A stretch of DNA of 64,000 nt from Nitrospirota bacterium (GTDB lineage: Bacteria > Nitrospirota > UBA9217). Where the stretch lies: NCBI GenBank assembly GCA_963663225.1, contig OY760142.1, positions 2,624,001 through 2,688,000 on the forward strand, read 5' to 3'. The notes beneath the pieces are model-generated. The model was not told the DNA's origin. It was given only the letters and a program-made list of their open reading frames with translations, and made no database searches. The first letter of the stretch is position 1; every line of letters begins with the position of its first letter. The translations under genes were made by a program, and so were the position numbers. This document shows, in pieces, positions 51,475 to 61,407 of this stretch.

Positions 51475-52273
51475 TGATGAATTGCAGATGCCTTTCTGGA
51501 GCCACCTTGCAGAACTGAGAAAAAGAATTATATGGTCGCTTGTCGGCGTTCTTATAGGGTTCGGGATTTGTTTTAACTTTTCGGAAGACTTGCTAAGGCT
51601 GCTTATGTGGCCTATGAATGTCAAATTGACGATCATAACGTCCTTCCCGTTTCTTTCAGCTACCCCTGCGGAAGTCCAGCAAAAACTGCACTACACCACG
51701 CTGATTGAACCGTTCTGGACGCACCTTAAGATTGCTCTTATTGCAGGGGTAATGCTTGCTTTTCCGGTTGTCATGCACCAAATATGGATGTTCATAGCAC
51801 CGGGATTACTTCCAAAAGAACGTCGCTATGCCGGCGTTTTCGTCATTTTTTCGACTCTTTTTTTCGCGATCGGCGTTCTCTTTTGCTTTTTCCTTTTACT
51901 GCCCTTTGCCGTCCCGTTTTTACTAACGTATAAAACTGATAACCTTGTTGCCATCATCAGACTTGGCGACTATACTGATTTTGTTATGAAGTTCCTCCTG
52001 GCAAGCGGTCTCGTATTTGAGCTTCCGCTTGTTATAGTCCTCCTGAGCCGCATGGGAATTGTAAGCCCAAACTGGCTTGCTAAATACCGAAAATATGCAT
52101 TCCTGGCGTCCTTTATTCTGGGCGCCATTCTGACGCCTACTCCTGATGTATTTAATCAGACATTGATCTCCATTCCGATTTACATCCTGTACGAGGCGGG
52201 GATTCTTTTAGCTCGTATCTTTGGCAGAAAAAAGAAATCCGAAACAACAAAACCGACGGAGACAGAGCCTTGA
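51467..52273 (+). CDS. tatC: Tat translocase TatC
   Basis: HLAELRKR, FIAPGLLPKE, FELP, AILTPTPD. Confidence 0.96.
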   Translation: MSDDELQMPFWSHLAELRKRIIWSLVGVLIGFGICFNFSEDLLRLLMWPMNVKLTIITSFPFLSATPAEVQQKLHYTTLIEPFWTHLKIALIAGVMLAFPVVMHQIWMFIAPGLLPKERRYAGVFVIFSTLFFAIGVLFCFFLLLPFAVPFLLTYKTDNLVAIIRLGDYTDFVMKFLLASGLVFELPLVIVLLSRMGIVSPNWLAKYRKYAFLASFILGAILTPTPDVFNQTLISIPIYILYEAGILLARIFGRKKKSETTKPTETEP

Positions 52274-52761
52274 AAACGGTCTCGTTCGTTGCTGCAGCTT
52301 CAAACAGCGGCAAAACCACACTGATCGAAAAAATTGTGGCCCGTCTCAAAACAAAAGGGTTGCGTGTTGCGGTCGTGAAACATGCTTCTGCAGGTTTTGA
52401 TCTGGACAAGCCGGGCAAGGATTCCTGGCGGTTCAGCCAGGCAGGTGCAGATGCAGTCATCCTTGTAAGTCCGGAGCGTCTGGCCCTTATAAAAACAATT
52501 GAGCGGGAGCCAACACCGGAAGAAATCAATCGACTGGCCCTGGATGCGGATATTATTATCCACGAGGGATTCAAAAAGACGATAAAAAACAAAATCGAAG
52601 TTTTCCGGCAGGGCATATCCGGTAAACAACCGATTTGCCAGAATGACTCCAGCTTTATTGCGCTTGTGAGCGACAAGCCGTTTACTCTGCCCATCCCCAG
52701 ATTCGACATCAACGATGTCGACGGAATCACTTCTTTTCTCCTTACCCATCCAGAAACGTAA
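52270..52761 (+). CDS. mobB: molybdopterin-guanine dinucleotide biosynthesis protein B
   Basis: SNSGKTTLIEK, VKH, DKPGKDSWRF..AGA, EGFK. Confidence 0.92.
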   Translation: MKTVSFVAAASNSGKTTLIEKIVARLKTKGLRVAVVKHASAGFDLDKPGKDSWRFSQAGADAVILVSPERLALIKTIEREPTPEEINRLALDADIIIHEGFKKTIKNKIEVFRQGISGKQPICQNDSSFIALVSDKPFTLPIPRFDINDVDGITSFLLTHPET

Positions 52762-52861
52762 TAGTATTGCTGCCGGATATAGTTTCATGAAAAGGTTCCC
52801 ATTGACTTTCACAGGCGTTTTCTATATGGTACCCGCGTAAAGCAGTAACTCTGAACGACAG

Positions 52862-54154
52862 GTGGATACTATGTCAGGAGCACGTTCCAAAAAATTATTT
52901 CGTGAATCAAGCACGCTTATCCCCGGCGGAGTAAACAGCCCTGTGCGGGCGTTTCGTTCTGTCGGCGGAGGTCCTTTGTTTATTCAGAAAGCAAAAGGAT
53001 CCAAAATCTATGACGTTGACAATAAAACGTATATTGACTATGTCCTGTCCTGGGGGCCAATGATCCTCGGTCATGCTCATCCCCGTGTGACTGATGCACT
53101 CAAGAAGGCGATTGAAAAAGGAACAAGTTATGGCGCGCCTACCGAGCTTGAAAGCAGACTAGCTAAGCTCGTTAAGAGTGCTTGCCCGTCCATCGCAATG
53201 CTACGGATGGTGAGTTCGGGCACTGAGGCAACGATGAGTGCTATTCGAGCGGCGCGAGGTTTTACCGGCAGGGATAAAATCCTGAAATTCGAAGGCTGTT
53301 ATCACGGCCATGCAGACAGCCTGCTTGTAAAAGCCGGGAGCGGAGTGGCCACCTTCGGTCTGCCGGACAGTCCCGGAGTTCCGGCGGACCTGGCAAAACT
53401 TACCTTAACGGCCTCATACAATGATCTTGAGCAGGTAAAAGAAATCATTTCGCGCAATGAAGAGCAGATTGCCTGCATTATTGTAGAACCGGTTGCAGGA
53501 AATATGGGATGTGTGTTGCCAGAGCATGGTTTCTTGCTGGGATTGCGCAAGTTATGCGATCAGCACGGCATTGTTTTGATCTTTGACGAAGTGATGACGG
53601 GTTTTCGGGTCTCCTACGGCGGCGCACAGAAACTTTACGGCATCAAGCCTGATCTCACCTGCCTTGGTAAAATAATCGGCGGGGGGCTTCCTGTAGGTGC
53701 GTACGGCGGCAAACAGGAGATCATGGAAAAAATTGCACCGATGGGGCCGATTTATCAAGCCGGCACTCTTTCGGGAAACCCGCTGGCCATGACAGCAGGG
53801 TTGGAGACTCTTACCATTCTTGCAAAACCCGGCGTGTATGCCAAACTCGAAGAATTGTCAAAAGAACTTCAGAACGGTCTGGTTGCGGCGGCAAAAGAAA
53901 CGGGGATACCTACCTGCTTTAACCGGGTTGGCTCCATGTTTACATCATTTTTTACCGGCCAGGCTGTAACAGATTTCAAGAGCGCTAAAACAGCCGACAC
54001 AACGCGATTCGCTTCCTTTTTCCGGGGCATGCTCAAAAACGGCGTGAATATGGCGCCTTCTCAGTTTGAGGCCGCGTTCCTGTCCATTGCGCATACAAAG
54101 ACGGATATTGCGAAAACCATCGAAGCCGCAAGAAAGAGTTTAAAGCGTCTCTAA
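52862..54154 (+). CDS. hemL: glutamate-1-semialdehyde 2,1-aminomutase
   Basis: [48 protein letters not shown]. Confidence 0.97.
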   Translation: MDTMSGARSKKLFRESSTLIPGGVNSPVRAFRSVGGGPLFIQKAKGSKIYDVDNKTYIDYVLSWGPMILGHAHPRVTDALKKAIEKGTSYGAPTELESRLAKLVKSACPSIAMLRMVSSGTEATMSAIRAARGFTGRDKILKFEGCYHGHADSLLVKAGSGVATFGLPDSPGVPADLAKLTLTASYNDLEQVKEIISRNEEQIACIIVEPVAGNMGCVLPEHGFLLGLRKLCDQHGIVLIFDEVMTGFRVSYGGAQKLYGIKPDLTCLGKIIGGGLPVGAYGGKQEIMEKIAPMGPIYQAGTLSGNPLAMTAGLETLTILAKPGVYAKLEELSKELQNGLVAAAKETGIPTCFNRVGSMFTSFFTGQAVTDFKSAKTADTTRFASFFRGMLKNGVNMAPSQFEAAFLSIAHTKTDIAKTIEAARKSLKRL

Positions 54155-54188
54155 GCAGAACCGCATGGTTCGAGAATATCTGGTGCTT

Positions 54189-54440
54189 ATGGATGAAGAT
54201 ACAAAAAAGCTTTATCGCATTCTTACTGTATTGAGCACGGTTGGCCTGGTCATTGTATTTGCTACCGTGATCGGCGTGTACATCGGGTTCAAACTTGATC
54301 AATGGTTTAACACATCTCCGTGGTTTACCATCATTTTTTTTCTGTTCGGCCTCATAGCAGGGTTTAAAAATCTATTTAACTATGCAAAGCGAATCGTAGA
54401 AGGTTTCAATAAAGACGAGGATAAAAAAAGTGGACAATGA
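54189..54440 (+). CDS. AtpZ/AtpI-family small membrane protein
   Basis: GVYIGFKLDQWFNTSPWFTIIFFLFGLIAGFKN. Confidence 0.85.
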   Translation: MDEDTKKLYRILTVLSTVGLVIVFATVIGVYIGFKLDQWFNTSPWFTIIFFLFGLIAGFKNLFNYAKRIVEGFNKDEDKKSGQ

Positions 54441-54867
54441 AATGCAGCAGCACCATCAAACGGTGTTAAATATCATTAAAAACATATCGATAAAGACTTC
54501 CATCGCCGTAGCCGCAGGGACTGCTGTGGCTCTGGCTTATACTCTCTTAAAGACAGGGGAATCGTCATGGTGGTCCATTCCGGCCGGTGTCCTGTTCGGC
54601 GGGGTGCTTGGCTTGCTGAATTTCCGCTGGCTTGCCTTTGCCGTGGAACGGAAACTTATGAAAAAGATTTTACCGCCGGCCCCCCAGAACCATTTTATCA
54701 TGATCCTGAACGGGACGAAGCTTGCGGCGATATTTATTGTATTATTTGTTGTAATGAAGTGGCAGCTTGTGAACATATTTGGGATGATAATAGGACTGTC
54801 TCTCTGCTTTTGTGCAATTATATGGGAAGGTCTGATGTGGATTCCGCAGGCGCGCAACAAGGAGTAA
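54430..54867 (+). CDS. ATP synthase subunit I-like membrane protein
   Basis: Four TM helices, GGVLGLLNFRWL motif, follows atpZ. Confidence 0.7.
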   Translation: MDNEMQQHHQTVLNIIKNISIKTSIAVAAGTAVALAYTLLKTGESSWWSIPAGVLFGGVLGLLNFRWLAFAVERKLMKKILPPAPQNHFIMILNGTKLAAIFIVLFVVMKWQLVNIFGMIIGLSLCFCAIIWEGLMWIPQARNKE

Positions 54868-54965
54868 CATGCCGGTTCTAAGCAGCCGGGTGAGTTTTTT
54901 CAGCTGTGCTGAGATCTGATGCGGAGAGAAGAGGAACGGTATCCGCAAAAATCGGTGGGAATCAA

Positions 54966-55781
54966 TTAGTAGTAAAACACGCCTATCACGATCAGTACAA
55001 GGAGGATTATCCCAATCGATAATGCAGTGTATCCAAATGCATATCCCGTTATCGTTAACCACCGGGTTTGGGGTTTTATTCTCAGCTCATCAAGCCTGTT
55101 TTCTGCAATGAGACGTTGATATTCGAGAGGACGTTCGTGCTGTAATTCTTCAAGATGCAGCCTGCCGGTAAAGATGACAGGGTCCATGGGAAATTTCTCC
55201 GGACGCAGGTGGGTGTTGAAAAAATGGGTTGTAAAAATAAATACTGCCGCGAGCAGCGCCTCGTCGCTATGGACGATCGTTGCAATATTAAATGTCCAGC
55301 CCGGGAAGAACCGTCCAAAAAACTCCGGAAACCAGAGAAAAAGCCCTGATACTCCGATCATGCTGACGCCCCAAAAGACAGCCCAATAATCGAATTTTTC
55401 CCAGTAGGTCCAACGGTCGAACTGCGGCCGCGGTCCCAGACCAAGGAACCACCTGAAAGAATGGTAGATATCTGAAAAGTCCTTTATCCAGGGTACCATG
55501 GAATCCGGTCCGAGGAAATTGAATTTAAATTTTCTCACAACGGCAAAATAATAGACAATATATCCGATGTGGGCGGCAAAATAGCCAAATGTTATGACCG
55601 CGCAAACACGATGGATCAAGCCGGCGGCTTTGAAACCTCCCATGGCTTTCATGAGCCAGAGCGCCCAGGGAGCAGAGGCGTATTTCAGCGGCATACCGGA
55701 GATGACAAGCCCCAGAAAACTGATAACAACAGCCACATGGAGCAGCCGGTGAAAGGAATTCAATCTTTTAATATCGCTCAC
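54966..55781 (-). CDS. HydC/FdnI-like di-heme cytochrome b (CbcL b-domain-like)
   Basis: HRLLH, LIHRVCA, RWTYWEKFDYWAVFWG, IVHSDEALLA..FIFTTHFF..HLRP. GTG start 1 nt after the upstream stop. Confidence 0.82.
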   Translation of the reverse strand: MSDIKRLNSFHRLLHVAVVISFLGLVISGMPLKYASAPWALWLMKAMGGFKAAGLIHRVCAVITFGYFAAHIGYIVYYFAVVRKFKFNFLGPDSMVPWIKDFSDIYHSFRWFLGLGPRPQFDRWTYWEKFDYWAVFWGVSMIGVSGLFLWFPEFFGRFFPGWTFNIATIVHSDEALLAAVFIFTTHFFNTHLRPEKFPMDPVIFTGRLHLEELQHERPLEYQRLIAENRLDELRIKPQTRWLTITGYAFGYTALSIGIILLVLIVIGVFYY

Positions 55782-55782
55782 C

Positions 55783-56754
55783 TTACGCTCCTTTCTTCTT
55801 TTGAAGCCGCTCTCTGAGAGCACGATAAATCCACAAGAGAGTATGGGTAAAGAAGAAGGCAAATACCCCGATGAGAAGCAAGGTCATAAACACAAGGGGA
55901 TAGTAAATCAGGGGATATTTGTCCCGATTGTGTTCTTGCGGATGCGCATAGAATTTGGTAAAGCCTGTGGTGGCGGCAGGATGACATTTCTGGCACGTTG
56001 CAAGAATATTTTGTTCGGACAGTTGGGAACCGGCAGCCTTTACCTGCTGGATCGTGTGGTATCCGTGGCAGTCGGAGCACTTTGCCATGGTGGTATAGCC
56101 TAGTTGTGTCACTTTGCCATGGTACGTTTTACGGTATGTTTCAATCTCATTGCTGTGACAATTGCCGCACGTCCTGATTAGGTTCAATTTCCATTGTTCG
56201 TCCCGTGTGTTCGGGGTGAAATGCTCCTGATGGCAATCAAAACAGGTTGCAGAACCGGGATTTTTGTTCTGGATAAATTCTGTTCCATGAATACTTGAGC
56301 TGTACGCCTTAAATTCGGCAGGGTGACAACGAGAGCAAAGGGCAGGAATTTTTTCTCTTTGTGCCGTTGATCGTTTGTCGGAAGAATTAAAAATATAGTG
56401 AGAACCATGACACGTTTGGCATTTTGGCGCTTTGGGGTTCCCTGACTCCAGTGCTTTACCGTGTACACTCAGTTTAAATGCTTGAGCCTGTTTTGTTTGT
56501 GCTCCCCTGGTTCCCGTGCCGTGGCAACTATTGCAATTGACAGAAGAAACTTTGCCATGCGGATAACCGGATATTTTGACATGGCAATCGGTGCATGCGA
56601 ATTTGCCGTGTTTTGTTTGTTGGAGTTTTTTCAGGTTGACATATCCCGGCATTCCCTGCTGGCCATGGCAGGAAAGGCAGTCTTCTTTTGCGATAGCGGC
56701 TGAGGAGGGGAGGAGTATGAAGCTTGCAAGAATGAGCAGCAAAGCAGTCTTCAT
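55783..56754 (-). CDS. membrane-anchored nonaheme cytochrome c (CbcL c-domain-like)
   Basis: Signal peptide, nine CXXCH (CLSCH, CTDCH, CNSCH, CQTCH, CSRCH, CFDCH, CGNCH, CSDCH, CQKCH) and a C-terminal TM. Confidence 0.9.
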   Translation of the reverse strand: MKTALLLILASFILLPSSAAIAKEDCLSCHGQQGMPGYVNLKKLQQTKHGKFACTDCHVKISGYPHGKVSSVNCNSCHGTGTRGAQTKQAQAFKLSVHGKALESGNPKAPKCQTCHGSHYIFNSSDKRSTAQREKIPALCSRCHPAEFKAYSSSIHGTEFIQNKNPGSATCFDCHQEHFTPNTRDEQWKLNLIRTCGNCHSNEIETYRKTYHGKVTQLGYTTMAKCSDCHGYHTIQQVKAAGSQLSEQNILATCQKCHPAATTGFTKFYAHPQEHNRDKYPLIYYPLVFMTLLLIGVFAFFFTHTLLWIYRALRERLQKKKGA

Positions 56755-56832
56755 GATTTTTGAGTATATCAAAGCAGTAGTACTTGTCAAGAGAGAATAA
56801 CGCAGGCAAGGAAAAATGCAATAAATAATGTA

Positions 56833-56861
56833 TTGACCTGGGGAAAAGGCCATGATAAAAT
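56833..56861 (+). promoter_or_regulatory. sigma70-type promoter of the c7 cytochrome gene
   Basis: TTGACC-17nt-TAAAAT with extended TG. Confidence 0.5.
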
Positions 56862-56894
56862 TTTCATCAATACTTAACGAGGAGGAATATACTG

Positions 56895-57215
56895 ATGAAA
56901 ATGAAGATAGCGTTGGTGCTTGTCGTTGCAATGCTCATTGCCATGGCAGCTCCTGTTTTCGCGGTAGCCCCTGGAAAAACCGTTGAATATGATGGCAAGG
57001 GTGCCGGCAAGGTGATTTTTGACGGCAAAATTCATGCCGGAAAAGGTACAAAATGCGCAGAGTGCCATCCAAAACTGTTTAAATACAAAAAAGGCACCGA
57101 AGTTTTCACCATGAAAGACATGAATGAAGGGAAATATTGTGGCGCTTGTCATGACGGGACAAAGACGTTCGGTATGAAAGATCAAAAAGATTGTTCCAAG
57201 TGCCATAAAAAATAA
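56895..57215 (+). CDS. periplasmic triheme c7-type cytochrome
   Basis: Signal peptide, GKVIFDGKIH, CAECH, CGACH, CSKCH; strong GGAGG RBS. Confidence 0.9.
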   Translation: MKMKIALVLVVAMLIAMAAPVFAVAPGKTVEYDGKGAGKVIFDGKIHAGKGTKCAECHPKLFKYKKGTEVFTMKDMNEGKYCGACHDGTKTFGMKDQKDCSKCHKK

Positions 57216-57235
57216 TACAAACTCTATCTCCTTGC

Positions 57236-57269
57236 AAAACCCTCATGCGGAAACCGTGAGGGTTTTCTT
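57236..57269 (+). terminator. intrinsic terminator after the c7 gene
   Basis: AAAACCCTCA...TGAGGGTTTT stem followed by CTT. Confidence 0.7.
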
Positions 57270-57341
57270 ATGCCAAAAGAATAAGCTATCGGCAGCTATA
57301 TTTTGAAATGCTGATAGCTCCACAAAGCACTTGCACCCACT

Positions 57342-58499
57342 ATGAATCTTCTGCTTCAAAAAACCGCAAAACGTATCGGGTATCTGCTGACTCCTCTCTG
57401 GGTAGGAATTCTTACGTTGCCTTTGGTAGGCGCTTCCAACGCTGTCCAATTCGCAGTCCTGGCTGCCGTATGCATGCTTCTGTGGCGATTGATCAGGACA
57501 GATGCTGTAACGGTGCTGTTTCGGAAGGTCCTTGCTCAGAGCAGCTCTTCTTTCAAAAGCACATCAATCGGCATTCTCAAATATACAGGCACTACCCGGA
57601 TCTTACTATTTCTTATCGCTGTGCTGTTATTAATGCCTCTTTTCTTAAATAACTACTATCTTGATATCATGACCTTAACAGGGATATATATCGTTCTTGC
57701 TCTTGGACTGAATCTTATTGCCGGGCAAACCGGTCTTTTAAACCTGGGATACGTGGCTTTTTACGCCATCGGAGCATACACGTATGCTATTTTCTCAACT
57801 GTTTACGGCTTGTCATTCTGGCCGGGGCTCGCTGCCGGCGCGCTTTCAGCAGCAGGTTTTGCCGTACTACTGGGCCTCCCGATTTTGCGTCTGCGCGGTG
57901 ATTATTTTGCCATCGTTACTCTCGGACTAGGAGAGATTACCCGCATTGTTTTGAACAATTGGGACGTCGTGACCGGCGGACCGAATGGCATTTCCCAAAT
58001 CGGCAGGCCCGTTCTCGCTGGATATGTTTTCCAAACAACGGTTGATTTTTATTACGGTGCGCTGGTAATGGTTTGCATAACCGTTTTTGCCATGCACCGC
58101 CTTGCAATATCACGTTTAGGCAGGGCATGGATCGCTATTCGAGAAGATGAAATCGCGGCAGAAGCCGCGGGCATTGACACGTACAGGTTGAAACTGCTGG
58201 CTTTTGTTCTGGGTTCAGCATGGGCCGGGTTGGCGGGTGTTTTTTTTGCGGCAAAGATGGCTTTTGTCTCACCGGAAAGCTTCACGTTCATTGAATCGGT
58301 CATGATCCTATGTATGGTGGTCCTCGGCGGCATGGGGAGCATACCGGGTGTTATCCTGGGTGCGGTGCTGTTGACCATCATACCGGAAGTATTTCGTGAT
58401 TTTCAGGATTACCGAATGCTGGCATTCGGCATTGCACTGGTCGTCTTGATGATATTCAGACCCCAGGGGCTGCTGGGAACCATAAAAAGAAAAGTATAG
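57342..58499 (+). CDS. livM: branched-chain amino acid ABC permease
   Basis: GLNLIAGQTGLLNLGYVAFYAIGAY, LRLRGDYFAIVTLG, AIREDE. Confidence 0.92.
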   Translation: MNLLLQKTAKRIGYLLTPLWVGILTLPLVGASNAVQFAVLAAVCMLLWRLIRTDAVTVLFRKVLAQSSSSFKSTSIGILKYTGTTRILLFLIAVLLLMPLFLNNYYLDIMTLTGIYIVLALGLNLIAGQTGLLNLGYVAFYAIGAYTYAIFSTVYGLSFWPGLAAGALSAAGFAVLLGLPILRLRGDYFAIVTLGLGEITRIVLNNWDVVTGGPNGISQIGRPVLAGYVFQTTVDFYYGALVMVCITVFAMHRLAISRLGRAWIAIREDEIAAEAAGIDTYRLKLLAFVLGSAWAGLAGVFFAAKMAFVSPESFTFIESVMILCMVVLGGMGSIPGVILGAVLLTIIPEVFRDFQDYRMLAFGIALVVLMIFRPQGLLGTIKRKV

Positions 58500-58512
58500 T
58501 TTTTTGACTTGC

Positions 58513-59283
58513 ATGCTATTACTTGAGACGAAAAATCTGACGAAACATTTCGGCGGACTGAAGGCCCTTGACGGCATTGATATCCGGTTGGAACGCGAGC
58601 GGATCGTGAGTATTATCGGACCCAATGGCGCTGGCAAAACCACGTTTTTCAACTGCATCACCGGCATCTACCAGCCGACATTGGGAAAGGCTGTTTTTCA
58701 TGACCGTGATATTACCGGCATGCAACCGCACGAAATAACAGCAATGGGCATTGCCCGCACCTTTCAGAATATCCGGTTGTTCGGAGGCATGACCAGCGTA
58801 GAGAATGTCATGGTGGCGGCACACTGCCGCACTACGGCCGGGGTATTTGGCGCGATATTTCTTCCGGACAAGGTTGTCAAAGAAGAGCGCGACATGAGAT
58901 TCCGCGCTGCCGATATCCTCAGATTTGTCGGTCTTGAGGACAAACAAGGGGTCCTGGCCGCAAATCTTTCCTACGGCGATCAGCGCAGACTCGAAATTGC
59001 CCGTGCGTTGGGAACCGAACCACATCTGCTTCTTCTGGACGAACCTGCAGCCGGGATGAATCCCCAGGAAACTCTGGACCTTATGATGCTCATACGCAGG
59101 ATTCGCGACAATGGCGTTGCGATTGTCCTGATTGAACATGATATGAAGGTCGTTATGGGGATCTCCGATCGCGTGGTTGTTCTCGACCATGGAGTGAAGA
59201 TTGCCGAAGGGGTGCCGAAAGATATCCAGCAGAACACTGCCGTGATCGAGGCATACCTTGGCAAGGAGAGCCACCATGCTTGA
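58513..59283 (+). CDS. livG: branched-chain amino acid ABC ATPase
   Basis: FGGLKAL, GPNGAGKTT, RTFQNIRLF, LSYGDQRRLEIARAL. Confidence 0.93.
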   Translation: MLLLETKNLTKHFGGLKALDGIDIRLERERIVSIIGPNGAGKTTFFNCITGIYQPTLGKAVFHDRDITGMQPHEITAMGIARTFQNIRLFGGMTSVENVMVAAHCRTTAGVFGAIFLPDKVVKEERDMRFRAADILRFVGLEDKQGVLAANLSYGDQRRLEIARALGTEPHLLLLDEPAAGMNPQETLDLMMLIRRIRDNGVAIVLIEHDMKVVMGISDRVVVLDHGVKIAEGVPKDIQQNTAVIEAYLGKESHHA

Positions 59284-59977
59284 ACTCCGCGATGTCGCCG
59301 TATCGTACGGTATGATTGAAGCGCTCAAAGGAATCAGTTTGACTGTTGACCAAGGTGAAATCGTCGCGCTGATCGGCGCAAACGGCGCCGGCAAATCTAC
59401 AACCCTTATGTCGATCTCCGGTGTTACACCTCTGCGATCCGGCGCTATTGCATACTGCGGGCGCGATCTTTCAGGCTGCTCCATTCATGAAATCGTGCAA
59501 CTGGGAATTTCTCAGGTTCCGGAAGGCCGGCATATTTTCCCCCGCATGACGGTCCGGGAAAATCTTGAAATGGGTGCCTATGGTAAAAAAAACCACGACT
59601 TTTCAAAAGAACTAGAGCAGATATGCGAAATGTTTCCAACGCTGTCTGAGAGATATAAACAGCCCGGAGGGACCCTCTCCGGAGGAGAGCAGCAGATGCT
59701 CGCTATTGGAAGAGCGCTTATGGCGAAGCCCAAGCTTCTTCTTCTTGACGAACCGTCTCTCGGCCTCGCACCGATAATCGTGAGCAAAATTTTCAAGATC
59801 ATCAAGGAAATCAATGAACAGGGAACGACGATTTTGCTCGTAGAGCAGAACGCAAAAGCCGCGCTTCGCCTTGCGCATCGGGCATATGTAATGGAAACCG
59901 GCAGGATAGTCATGCAGGGCCAGGCGGCAATACTGGCAAAAGACCCCGGAATTAAGAAAGCATATCTTGGCGAGTAG
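59276..59977 (+). CDS. livF: branched-chain amino acid ABC ATPase
   Basis: GANGAGKST, VPEGR, LSGGEQQML, VEQNA. Confidence 0.93.
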   Translation: MLELRDVAVSYGMIEALKGISLTVDQGEIVALIGANGAGKSTTLMSISGVTPLRSGAIAYCGRDLSGCSIHEIVQLGISQVPEGRHIFPRMTVRENLEMGAYGKKNHDFSKELEQICEMFPTLSERYKQPGGTLSGGEQQMLAIGRALMAKPKLLLLDEPSLGLAPIIVSKIFKIIKEINEQGTTILLVEQNAKAALRLAHRAYVMETGRIVMQGQAAILAKDPGIKKAYLGE

Positions 59978-60042
59978 AGCATGAATCACCATACGATTTT
60001 TTTAGCAGACGTCTGTAAATTTCTTTTGTATCCCTGAATACA

Positions 60043-60927
60043 ATGAACACTCCGAATACGCGGTTACGCAACATCAAGCTGATTCTTGAATACAACGGTA
60101 CGAATTATCACGGTTGGCAGTCCCAAATCGGAACCGGAAAAGCGACCATTCAGGATACGCTTGAACAGGCGATTTACTCACTGACAAAAGAACATGTTAG
60201 AACGACCTCTTCCGGCAGGACAGACGCAGGCGTCCACAGCCTTGGCCACGTAGCAAATTTTTTAACAGAAAGCACAATTCCTCCCGAAGCGTGGGCCCCG
60301 GCCCTGAACCATTTTCTGCCCACGGATATCCGCATATTGTCTTCCGAAGAGGTATCTCCGGAATTTCATGCCCGCTACAGCGCACGGGGGAAAATTTATA
60401 CGTACAGGATTTTAAACAGACGTGAGCCGAGTGCGTTGAACCGCGATTTCGCCTGGCATGTTAACCGGAAACTGAACATAAAAAGAATGAAACTGGCGGC
60501 CGTCAAATTGATTGGGAGGCATGATTTCTCGGCTTTTCGAGGATCGGGATGCAATGCAAAAACACCCATTCGGACGATCAGATCAGCAGTGGTCAAAAAA
60601 TCAGGCGCTTTCATCGAAATAACGGTTGAGGCGGATGCATTTTTGCAGTATATGATGAGAAACATTGCCGGTACTCTGGTTGAGACCGGACTGGGAAGAT
60701 TCTCTCCGGACGATGTCGGACACATGCTCGAATCGCGTGATCGAACCGCTGCGGGACGAACAGCTCCGCCGCAGGGCCTCTGCCTGGTGAAAGTTCTGTA
60801 CGACAAAAAAACATCGGCAGGAAGTAGTACGCTGAGCAAGAATGCCGTAAAAAAACGGAGAAATGCCGAAACTTGTGTATCTTGTGCTTCTCGCGCAAGG
60901 AAAACGAATACTAAAAAGAAAAAATAG
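60043..60927 (+). CDS. truA: tRNA pseudouridine(38-40) synthase
   Basis: YNGTNYHGWQ, GRTDAGVH, FHARY, HDFSAF, TAPPQGL. Confidence 0.96.
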   Translation: MNTPNTRLRNIKLILEYNGTNYHGWQSQIGTGKATIQDTLEQAIYSLTKEHVRTTSSGRTDAGVHSLGHVANFLTESTIPPEAWAPALNHFLPTDIRILSSEEVSPEFHARYSARGKIYTYRILNRREPSALNRDFAWHVNRKLNIKRMKLAAVKLIGRHDFSAFRGSGCNAKTPIRTIRSAVVKKSGAFIEITVEADAFLQYMMRNIAGTLVETGLGRFSPDDVGHMLESRDRTAAGRTAPPQGLCLVKVLYDKKTSAGSSTLSKNAVKKRRNAETCVSCASRARKTNTKKKK

Positions 60928-61055
60928 TTCTTCGAAGAAAGACAACAAAGAAAAAACGACAACAGAACAGCCGTTGCCGTTTTTATAAAGTTCCCGCCGA
61001 TTGGATAAAAGTCAGAAATCCTGACAATGCTCTTTGAGACAGTGCCTGTTGCGGA

Positions 61056-61250
61056 TTAGCTGACTTTCTTGACTTTGCCCGAGCGAATGCAACGGGTGCA
61101 TACATGCATGCGAACATGAGCGCCATGCGGCCCAACTGCCTTTATTGACTGCAAATTCGGTTTCGACACCTTTTTGGTTCTGTTGTTTGCATGGCTCACC
61201 TTATTGCCGCTGAGCTTGCCTTTTCCGCAGATTTCACACGTACCAGCCAC
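61056..61250 (-). CDS. rpmB: 50S ribosomal protein L28
   Basis: CEICGK...[11 protein letters not shown]...PNLQ...CTRCIRSG; GTG start after GGAGG. Confidence 0.95.
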   Translation of the reverse strand: MAGTCEICGKGKLSGNKVSHANNRTKKVSKPNLQSIKAVGPHGAHVRMHVCTRCIRSGKVKKVS

Positions 61251-61356
61251 TTGATATCCCTCCATAAACGTACTTGACAGCCATAAATTCAGAGTGCATA
61301 CAATACCATAAGGAAGCATCCCGTGCAAGCGGAAAATAATGTTTTATTTTAAACTC

Positions 61357-61400
61357 TTGACATGTTCCCGTGTCTGATATAATGTAAGTACATACTTACA
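61357..61400 (+). promoter_or_regulatory. promoter and TetR operator
   Basis: TTGACA (61357), TGnTATAAT (61375-61383) and the perfect palindrome TGTAAGTA-CA-TACTTACA (61383-61400). Confidence 0.75.
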
Positions 61401-61407
61401 AAAAGTT

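Noticed and set aside
60800-60927. Basic TruA C-terminal tail containing CVSC
   Set aside because: Probably an unconserved run-on to a late stop; a single CxxC is not enough to claim a metal site.
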